Origin: Candidatus Odinarchaeota archaeon
GTDB taxonomy: Archaea > Asgardarchaeota > Odinarchaeia > Odinarchaeales > Odinarchaeaceae
DNA length: 32,000 bases
Direction: 5' to 3'
Assembly: GCA_016839265.1 (NCBI GenBank)
Contig: JAEOUO010000004.1
Location: 223-32,222, forward strand
Position numbers and translations under genes: made by a program. Positions 26,601-32,000 of this stretch are shown here, piece by piece (position 1 is the stretch's first letter; each line of letters begins with the position of its first letter). The notes below the pieces were generated by a model, which was given only the letters and a program-made list of their open reading frames with translations, did no database searches and was not told the DNA's origin.

Positions 26601-27030
26601 GTTTTCCACGAACATAGACCAGATAAAAGACATAGTTTTGCATGGAATAGACAAGACAATAGTAGATGATGTGAAAAAGTTTATTCCAGAAAATTATGAT
26701 AATAGAGTGATTGAAATTAAAGCTTCGAAGAGTATTGAGGTTAAAGTTGATTTGCACGGTAAATTTAAGTTGGTAAGTGGTGAAGAAGAAGTTGAATTCT
26801 CTACTTTAGAGGAGGCTGAATATGCTAGATATATGTTGATGAGAGGTAAAGAGAGGATGGTAATTCCAAGAGATACGCAAATTTTACGTGATGTTCTTGT
26901 TAAGTTTAAGAAATTGGATAAGGCGATTAAAAATAGGATCAATGAATATTTGAAACAATTAGTGAGTAAGGAGAAAAAACGGAAATTAATAGAAGCTGAA
27001 TTATATAGGAAGATCTGGGCTGCTTTATAG
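23617..27030 (+). CDS. Type IIG fused restriction-modification enzyme (REase + N6-adenine MTase + TRD, Eco57I-like)
   Basis: N-terminal nuclease RPDIII...AIEVKRP...QALQYA, then GQYFT, motif I ILDPACGAGTFL, GIDI and motif IV NPPY. The C-terminal target-recognition region includes LCAYLNSTLSWLFIEVLGR. Confidence 0.88.
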   Translation: MTFTLTEPTAASEIKELINQIIQEENLPLDSAKVELMDSRGHRPDIIIFDRLNKPICAIEVKRPFISPYQIELFEQALQYANTEGIRFFATFNFNTLVLWETFKEGVPIRDRRYKEYFTADIIDLHDLLQLSVKNNIKKGLREFLQDLVKLQVAKKTEEILPTLEFDKIFIDYLHSLLNSMKIPLVTELNKKLDIDPVFKNKLLEWLTTQGWDSTYIDVKGVIDVVARQYILLLLNKIMFYKILSSRYKEIRPPNYKLLSLPDELPTLKIPEDITDGGNLQRILKSFFEKVLLIDYETIYESDFLDEIKLPDPLVSPIRILVNEFDKYDFTKIDYEVLGNIFERLIPEKDRHLLGQYFTRSDVVDLIVASCVKNKNDVILDPACGAGTFLIRAYSRLKYLGAEGPHSSFLNKLWGIDIAKFPAHLTTINLAIKDLSERNNYPRVICSDFFKVSPGTKIYSPYFITEGLDKKNSRHELPSFNVVMTNPPYTRQEEMEEKLEEGYKNTVIELIAKETGMTLGKRSSIYAYFFLHGSVFLGDGGRLGLITSNSWLDVDYGKYLQEFFLKNFKIKYIIDSKVERFFEDADINTAITILEKCRNQEERDNNIVKFVELRKKLPEVLSYFGDHDTEYEKWTDKERWAAVDKFLAYLDKISGITINEEIGVRVYPKNQRELYEEGLEEGKYAGSKWGKYIKAPDIFFKILEKGKDLFIPLKDIADITGGIITGKNNFFYLRESQIRNFGIEEKFLIPVIKTPKELGKIYFTKKDLKYKLFFVTEERNNIKGTNALKYIEYGEKQGFNTNPTFKARKHWYQIPELKQAELLWIDLRGEKHICHLNVDNVPFEHNFYGINPKKINKELLCAYLNSTLSWLFIEVLGRSSLGEGAIRLVGQDLKNFPTILLKEGVPDSLKIQKIFDKLKHREIESVFKEVGANKPEEVSLEKVNQDVRELDKVIIGEILGLTDEEQLEVYRAVVDLVKSRIEKAKSVERKSNKEEFSTNIDQIKDIVLHGIDKTIVDDVKKFIPENYDNRVIEIKASKSIEVKVDLHGKFKLVSGEEEVEFSTLEEAEYARYMLMRGKERMVIPRDTQILRDVLVKFKKLDKAIKNRINEYLKQLVSKEKKRKLIEAELYRKIWAAL

Positions 27031-27921
27031 TATTTTGTTTAGTGCTTGTTTTAGTGTGTTTGTTTGTTGTGTGATGTTTTTCCAGGGGTTTGGTGTGTTT
27101 TGTAGGTGTTGGAATATGTTGTTTATGTTGTAGGTTTTAGCGTTTAGGTTTTTGTTTTCTAAGTCTTTCCATGTTATGGGTGTTGCGATGGGCGCTGTTT
27201 TTTTAGCGCGTAGGGAGTATGGTGCGACTGAGGTTTGAGCGTATGCGTTTCTGGTTGTGTCTATGAAGAGTCTGTTTTTTCTTTTTTCTTTTCGTTGTTC
27301 GACGGTGATTTTATCCGGGTTGTTTTTAGCTATGTTTTTAGCGATTTTCTGGGCGAATAGTCGTGTTTGCTCGAAGGTGTGTTCTCTTTCTATTGGGATG
27401 ATTACGTGGACTCCTTTGGATCCGGTTGTCATAATAAAAGTGTTTAGTTCTAGCTTATCTAAGGTTTCTTTGATTAGGAGGGCGGTTTGCCGGACTGATT
27501 CGAAGTCTTCTGGTGTAGCTGGGTCTAGGTCGAATACTATTTTATCAGGGTGGTTTGGTTTATCGTATTTGGCGAGCCATATGTGGGGTGTGATGCAGGC
27601 TTGCTCGGTGATGTATAGGAGGGTTTCCTTGTTTTGGCATAACAGGTATGTGGTGTCTCCTCCTGTTTTATTATCTAGCTTGATTTTTTCTATCCATGGG
27701 GGGAAGTATTCCGGAACTTCTTTTTGGAAGAAGCCTTCTTTGCTTATTCCATCGGGGAAGCGGTGCATTGTTAATGGTCGATCTTTTAAGTATGGTAGCA
27801 TTAGATTCGCTATTTTTTCATAGTATTGTATTACTTGGAGTTTGGTGATTTTATCGTCCGGGTATAGTATTTTATCAGGGTTGCTGACTTGGATGACTTG
27901 TTTTCCTGCTTTAATCTGCAT
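27025..27921 (-). CDS. ligD: LigD-type primase-polymerase (NHEJ polymerase domain), stand-alone
   Basis: Motifs SNPDKILYP, RPLTMHRFPDGI, FFQK, VFDLDP, TTGSKGVHV, FIDTTRN and VAPYSLRA. Confidence 0.93.
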   Translation of the reverse strand: MQIKAGKQVIQVSNPDKILYPDDKITKLQVIQYYEKIANLMLPYLKDRPLTMHRFPDGISKEGFFQKEVPEYFPPWIEKIKLDNKTGGDTTYLLCQNKETLLYITEQACITPHIWLAKYDKPNHPDKIVFDLDPATPEDFESVRQTALLIKETLDKLELNTFIMTTGSKGVHVIIPIEREHTFEQTRLFAQKIAKNIAKNNPDKITVEQRKEKRKNRLFIDTTRNAYAQTSVAPYSLRAKKTAPIATPITWKDLENKNLNAKTYNINNIFQHLQNTPNPWKNITQQTNTLKQALNKIL

Positions 27922-27923
27922 TT

Positions 27924-28928
27924 TTAAGCCTCTGGGATTTCTTTTACTACTGTGCGGGGGTCTTTGTCTCTTCTAACTCCGAGTAGACGTGGATGGCGTA
28001 GTTTACCGGTTTTAGTCCACTCTGTGAAGCCTACTTCTACTACGATTTCAGGTTTCACCCAGGTGACGTTTTTCTCCCCTGTTTTATCATCGGTGGCGGG
28101 GGTGTTTTGTTTTAATGCTTCCAGTTGCCTGGTTAACTGGATTAAGAGCGTGCGGTTGAATCCTGTTCCGACTTTTCCAGCGTAGATGAGTCTATCTTTA
28201 TCATAGTATCCTACTAGTATCGCGCCTAATCCGATGCGTGAGCCTTTAGGCGGAGTGTAGCCGATGATCACGAACTCCTGTTCGTTAACGCATTTGAATT
28301 TCAACCAGTCTGTTGATCTTTTATGCTGATATTCGCTGTCAGCTCTTTTAGCGATTACTCCCTCCCATCCTTTTCTACAGGCTTCCTTATAGTATTTTAC
28401 GCCTTCCTTCCATATATGCTCGGTGTATCTTAACGGATCTTGGTAGGTTAAATGTTTTCTTAATAATTCTTTTCTTAATGTTAATGGGAGTTTTTCGATA
28501 AGATAGTTTTCAATGTATATTAGGTCGAAGATGTAGTAGTAGACTTTTATCTTTGATTTTAAAGCTTCCTCCCTGTTTTTTATTCCGATTCTTTCCTGTA
28601 GTTTGGAGAAACTGGTGTTGTCGCCTTGGAAGGCTACGATTTCACCGTCTATGATGAAGTCGGGGGTTTTCTGTTTTTCTAAGGCTTCAACGATCTCCGG
28701 GTAGGTGTCGCTGATGTCTTTTCTATTTCTGGATAATAGTTTGACGTGACCGTTTTTCTTAAATGCTAAGCATCGCTCTCCGTCTAGTTTACGCTCATAT
28801 ATCCAGTTTTCATCCGAGAACCGTTTACTGGTTAGGGTTGCTAGCATGGGGTCAACCCAGTCTGGTACGCTTGTTTTCACGAGTAGATTCCTGTATTTCT
28901 GGTCTACTTCGTCTAGGATGGTGTTCAT
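27924..28928 (-). CDS. ligD: LigD/LigC-type ATP-dependent DNA ligase (catalytic core + OB domain), stand-alone
   Basis: Motifs PMLAT, ERKLDGER (KxDG), IDGEIV, FDLIY, EGVIAK, WLKFK, GKVGTGF and LRHPRLLGVR.DK. Confidence 0.93.
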   Translation of the reverse strand: MNTILDEVDQKYRNLLVKTSVPDWVDPMLATLTSKRFSDENWIYERKLDGERCLAFKKNGHVKLLSRNRKDISDTYPEIVEALEKQKTPDFIIDGEIVAFQGDNTSFSKLQERIGIKNREEALKSKIKVYYYIFDLIYIENYLIEKLPLTLRKELLRKHLTYQDPLRYTEHIWKEGVKYYKEACRKGWEGVIAKRADSEYQHKRSTDWLKFKCVNEQEFVIIGYTPPKGSRIGLGAILVGYYDKDRLIYAGKVGTGFNRTLLIQLTRQLEALKQNTPATDDKTGEKNVTWVKPEIVVEVGFTEWTKTGKLRHPRLLGVRRDKDPRTVVKEIPEA

Positions 28929-29085
28929 TTAACCACTATTTTTATTTAATTAATTATTTGATTAATAATAATGTTTATATATTTTCCGTTTAATAAACTT
29001 CTATTGTAAGATGAGCCTATTAATATTTTTAATTTTTAAAATATAATAGGCTTCTAAATAAAAAACTCTATCGGTGATGTTAAAA

Positions 29086-29271
29086 ATGGTTGTTGATCCT
29101 GTTTGCGGAATGGAGTTCTCTGAAAAGGATGCGAAGTTGAAGTACACTTACGGTGACAAAGTGTACTATTTCTGTTGTGAGATGTGTATGGAGAAATTCG
29201 TGAAGAACCCGGAAAAATACGGTGCCTCTAAACCTGTTAAACGCGGCGGATGCGGTTGCTGTAGTTTTTAA
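29086..29271 (+). CDS. YHS/TRASH-domain metal-binding protein
   Basis: DPVCGM...[22 protein letters not shown] at 29073 favours ATG 29086; the ORF track starts at 29074. Confidence 0.88.
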   Translation: MVVDPVCGMEFSEKDAKLKYTYGDKVYYFCCEMCMEKFVKNPEKYGASKPVKRGGCGCCSF

Positions 29272-29867
29272 ACTCTGAGACTCATTTTCCGGTAATAATA
29301 CTCTTCTCCATTTATTTTTATAATTCTCGATTTAATATTTTCGAACCCTTTATTTATATAAAACTTTAATGCTAAACTATTCTTTTCTTCGACTTCTAGC
29401 ATTATTCTATTACAGTTTGTTTTAGCAGCTTCCATTCTAGCGTATTCTAATAGTTTCGAGCCTATTTTTCTCCCCTGATATTCTGGGTGAACGGCTAGAA
29501 AACATATGTAGTAATCTGTTTTCTTTAACGGTCCGAAGAAAAAGGCTAGTTTTATTATGTTATGGTTCGGAATAATTTTATTTCTGATGTAGTGTTTTAC
29601 TATTTTTACAGCTGTTTTTAACTGGTTTTTCAAGTGTAGGCTTCCCGGATAACTTAGCATCATCCCTACTGGTTTACCGTTTACTTGCGCGTATTTGACG
29701 TTTATATGGCTGAAGCTGTTATCTTGGTTTAAATATAGCTGGGTTAAGATGTTTTCTGTGTCAGGTTTGAAAGCATTTTTTAGAAAGCTCTCGCCGGTGG
29801 AGAGGGCTAGTTGAATGTAGTCTTTTACTTGTTCTTTTCTAGCCGCTGTTATTTTTATTTTAACCAT
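29268..29867 (-). CDS. GNAT-family N-acetyltransferase
   Basis: Motifs [22 protein letters not shown] and [14 protein letters not shown]...GF. Confidence 0.88.
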   Translation of the reverse strand: MVKIKITAARKEQVKDYIQLALSTGESFLKNAFKPDTENILTQLYLNQDNSFSHINVKYAQVNGKPVGMMLSYPGSLHLKNQLKTAVKIVKHYIRNKIIPNHNIIKLAFFFGPLKKTDYYICFLAVHPEYQGRKIGSKLLEYARMEAAKTNCNRIMLEVEEKNSLALKFYINKGFENIKSRIIKINGEEYYYRKMSLRV

Positions 29868-29901
29868 TTGAGATACCCTTTAATATTCAATAGTTTAATG
29901 C

Positions 29902-29914
29902 TTTTTATATAAAA
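29902..29914. promoter_or_regulatory. Probable bidirectional TATA box between the GNAT and membrane-protein genes
   Basis: TTTTTATATAAAA lies about 24-35 bp from both divergent starts. Confidence 0.5.
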
Positions 29915-29937
29915 TACAATTATAGGAGTGTTTGTTT

Positions 29938-30144
29938 ATGTCTGATATTGGTGAGAGTCTTAATAAGCTTGGTTTGAAGGTGCCTGAGCTTGTTTTAGCT
30001 ATTTTAGCGATTATCTTTGGTGTGCTTATTATCGTATATCCGTTTTTGATCGCTTGGTTTATTGGATTGTTTTTGATTATTATGGGTGTGCTGCTTTTGA
30101 TTAGGTATTTGGAGCGTGAGTTGAAATCCGGCGGCTCTAGTTGA
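29938..30144 (+). CDS. Small two-helix membrane protein (DUF3096-like)
   Basis: LAILAIIFGVLIIVYPFLIAWFIGLFLIIMGVLLL. AGGAGTG SD before ATG 29938. Confidence 0.75.
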   Translation: MSDIGESLNKLGLKVPELVLAILAIIFGVLIIVYPFLIAWFIGLFLIIMGVLLLIRYLERELKSGGSS

Positions 30145-30179
30145 TTTATCTTTTTTTCTTTTTGTTTTTTATATTTTTT
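30145..30179 (+). terminator. Probable oligo-U terminator
   Basis: TTTATCTTTTTTTCTTTTTGTTTTTTATATTTTTT follows the stop codon directly. Confidence 0.5.
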
Positions 30180-30214
30180 AATAATGTTTTTATAGTTGAA
30201 TATAACATTGTTAT

Positions 30215-30460
30215 ATGATGATTATGCGTGAAGATAAATCCACCCTTAAAATCGACTGCACTGGTTTATATTGTCCTCAACCTGTTTTCATAACTAGAAC
30301 AACTTTGGATGAAATGGCTTCCGGGGAGATTCTAGAAGTGTTAGCTGATGATCCTGCAGCTGAATCCGATATTAAAGCCTTAGTTGAAGCTTTAGGCCAT
30401 GAGCTTTTATCTTTTAGTAAAGAGGGTGGTGTTTTAAAGTTTCTTATTCGAAAGAGGTGA
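30215..30460 (+). CDS. tusA: TusA/SirA-family sulfur carrier
   Basis: IDCTGLYCPQPV (CPxP), GEILEVLADDP and DI. Confidence 0.92.
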   Translation: MMIMREDKSTLKIDCTGLYCPQPVFITRTTLDEMASGEILEVLADDPAAESDIKALVEALGHELLSFSKEGGVLKFLIRKR

Positions 30461-30467
30461 TTGAACT

Positions 30468-30836
30468 ATGAGTGGTGTTAAACATATTTTATACGTGCAG
30501 ACGAGTGGACCTGAAAATCCTGAGCGTCTTTACGCTCCGTTTATTTTAGCGTCAACTGCTAGAGCTATGGGTTATAACGCTACCATCTATTTTCTGATTA
30601 AAGGAGTTGAAACTGTTAAGAAAGGTGTAGCTGAGAGAATTAAGCTGGGGAGTTTTCCATCTCTTAGAGAAGTCATGGATCAAGCTATTAAACTAGGGGT
30701 TAAAATTCAAGTCTGCGAGCAATCTTGTGCTCTTTTAGGTATTCCTAGAGGTGAATTTATACCTGAAGCGGAGATTGTGGGCGCTGCTACTTTGAATAAG
30801 CTTTGCTTGGAGGCTGATGCAGCGCTGTATTTCTAA
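30468..30836 (+). CDS. DsrE/TusD-like sulfur-relay protein
   Basis: Motifs TSGPENPERLYAPFILASTARAMG, IYFLIKGV, VCEQSC and IVGAAT. Confidence 0.85.
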   Translation: MSGVKHILYVQTSGPENPERLYAPFILASTARAMGYNATIYFLIKGVETVKKGVAERIKLGSFPSLREVMDQAIKLGVKIQVCEQSCALLGIPRGEFIPEAEIVGAATLNKLCLEADAALYF

Positions 30837-30857
30837 AAATATATATTGTTGATTTAT

Positions 30858-32000
30858 ATGAGTAGGGTTTACTTAGATTACGCTGGAGCCTGTCCTGTAG
30901 ATGAACGGGTTTTAGAAGCTATGAAGCCTTTTATTCTTAAACCAGGGAATCCTTTAGCCCTCCATGAGGAGGGGCAGATTGCTAAGCGTGGAATTGAGGA
31001 AGCCCGTCAGTATATCGCTCATCTTATTAACGCGGATAACCCGGATGGTGTGGTTTTCACTAGCGGGGCGACTGAATCTAATAATCTGGCGATTATAGGT
31101 ATGGGTGAGCGTTTAAAAAGTAAAGGCAATCATATTATCACCTCTAACATCGAGCATATCTCGGTTATTAACTCTTTGAAGAAACTTGAGAAAAACGGGT
31201 TCGAAGTAACAAGGATACCGGTAGACGGAGACGGGGTTATTCGACTTGATTTACTTGAGGAAGCTGTTAGAAATGATACCGTGTTGATTACGATTCAAGC
31301 AGCTAACTCGGAGATCGGCGTTATTCAGCCTTTAGAAAAGATAGGTGAAATAGCTCGGAGGCATGGGGTGGTTTTTCACTGTGATGCGACGGCTGGTTTA
31401 GGTCAAATGACTATAGACGTGAAGAAAGCGAATATAAGCTTGCTTACGATGTCTGCTAACAGTATTTATGGTCCTCAAGGAGTTGGTGCTTTATACTTAG
31501 CCTCTAATATCCGTCCGATTCCATTGATTTTAGGCGGAGGCCAGCAGCGGGGTTTCAGATCTGGAACGGAGAATGTGGCAGGTATTATCGGTATGGGAGA
31601 GGCAGCTCGCCTAGCAGCGGTTGAGATGAGAGATGACTGGAAGCGGCTTAAAGTTTTCAGAGATCGTGTAATAAAGGAGATTCCTGAAAGAGTTAGAGAT
31701 GTTCATCTTAACGGGCATCCTGTTAAAAGGACGCCTAACAACGTGAATTTTCGAATAGATTATGTGGAAGGGGAGTCGATTGTTTTAAGCTTGGATATTT
31801 TGGCAGGTATAGCTGTTTCAACCGGCGCCTCCTGTGCGAGTCTCACCTTGGAGCCTAGCCATGTTATTTTAGCTTTAGGTGTTCCACCTGAGAAAGCTCA
31901 GGGTCTTCTCCAGGTTACGATGGGTCGGTTTACTCGTGAGGAGGATGTGAACCGGCTTTTAGACGCTCTTCCAGGTGTTGTGGAGAGGCTTAGAAGAATG
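30858..32000 (+). CDS. iscS: IscS/NifS-family cysteine desulfurase homologue lacking the PLP-binding lysine; 3'-truncated by the window edge and absent from the ORF track
   Basis: My translation from ATG 30858 is open to the window end: VYLDYA, GNP..LH, FTSGATESNN, IEH, ANSEIGVIQP, FHCDAT, MSANSIYGPQGVGALY, GGGQQRGFRSGTEN, AVSTGASCAS (catalytic Cys) and PSHV. Confidence 0.93.
   Translation, partial: MSRVYLDYAGACPVDERVLEAMKPFILKPGNPLALHEEGQIAKRGIEEARQYIAHLINADNPDGVVFTSGATESNNLAIIGMGERLKSKGNHIITSNIEHISVINSLKKLEKNGFEVTRIPVDGDGVIRLDLLEEAVRNDTVLITIQAANSEIGVIQPLEKIGEIARRHGVVFHCDATAGLGQMTIDVKKANISLLTMSANSIYGPQGVGALYLASNIRPIPLILGGGQQRGFRSGTENVAGIIGMGEAARLAAVEMRDDWKRLKVFRDRVIKEIPERVRDVHLNGHPVKRTPNNVNFRIDYVEGESIVLSLDILAGIAVSTGASCASLTLEPSHVILALGVPPEKAQGLLQVTMGRFTREEDVNRLLDALPGVVERLRRM

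Larger units (their letters stand above)
20979..28928. other. Defence/DNA-repair island
   Basis: Three nuclease-bearing genes (one fused to an adenine MTase) plus a LigD pol/lig pair sit contiguously between housekeeping genes. The 21-26.6 kb part looks more AT-rich and lacks the strong strand skew of its flanks (judged by eye). No integrase or att repeat was seen. Confidence 0.7.

Noticed and set aside
27031-27240. GT-rich low-complexity stretch resembling a telomere-like or simple repeat
   Set aside because: No fixed repeat unit. It is the antisense of the A/C-rich 3' end of the LigD polymerase gene, and is covered under the skew finding.
374-28993. Numerous 60-190 aa ORF-track entries antisense to or overlapping real genes (e.g. 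374-631, 668-850, 1500-1691, 3749-4078, 5262-5450, 6682-6936, 9079-9366, 10385-10609, 10914-11156, 16389-16634, 17090-17428, 20629-20856, 21292-21540, 27257-27823, 27952-28185, 28763-28993)
   Set aside because: They are shadow frames of well-supported genes, with Ser/Leu/Phe-rich composition, no family motifs and no SD.
20677-29073. Integrated virus, plasmid or transposon explaining the island
   Set aside because: I found no integrase, transposase, capsid or Rep gene, no tRNA target and no flanking direct repeats by eye.
1-32000. CRISPR array, tRNA or rRNA genes
   Set aside because: No regularly spaced repeats or cloverleaf/T-loop signatures were seen, and intergenic spaces are short AT-rich promoter or terminator regions.

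Overview
Archaeal, AT-rich, gene-dense window with archaeal-type TATA boxes and GGTGA/GGAGG Shine-Dalgarno motifs. The lineage is probably anaerobic and thermophilic. An Asgard/Odinarchaeia-like or TACK host is my low-confidence guess. All family assignments come from motifs read by eye and from remembered family consensus; no database search was run. Layout: (1) 1-5.1 kb: metal ABC permease (5'-truncated), an APC permease-USP / Lrp-RAM / USP operon, and a DUF711+ACT pair. (2) 5.2-11.7 kb: a clustered pentose-bisphosphate (AMP salvage) pathway with form III-type RuBisCO, ribose-1,5-bisphosphate isomerase and AMP phosphorylase. A SerK-like ParB/Srx-fold kinase sits inside the cluster, followed by a membrane-anchored nuclease and a GMP synthase B subunit with a duplicated dimerisation subdomain. 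(3) 11.8-16.1 kb: methanofuran biosynthesis genes mfnD/F/E/B plus a dCMP deaminase. (4) 16.1-20.7 kb: a coiled-coil protein, RimI, a THEP1 NTPase, a HerA-like ATPase fused to a CdvA-like coiled coil, a HAD hydrolase and a second Lrp-RAM protein. (5) 21-29 kb: a defence/repair island. It holds a PLD nuclease-EVE/PUA-like fusion broken by one in-frame TAA, an HsdR-N nuclease with a SeqA-like C-terminal domain, a Type IIG R-M enzyme, and a Ku-less LigD polymerase + ligase pair. The island sits at a strong AC-to-GT strand-skew switch that may mark a replication origin. (6) 29-32 kb: YHS, GNAT, a small membrane protein, and tusA-dsrE-iscS, where IscS lacks the PLP-binding lysine. I saw no tRNA, rRNA, CRISPR array, transposase or integrase.
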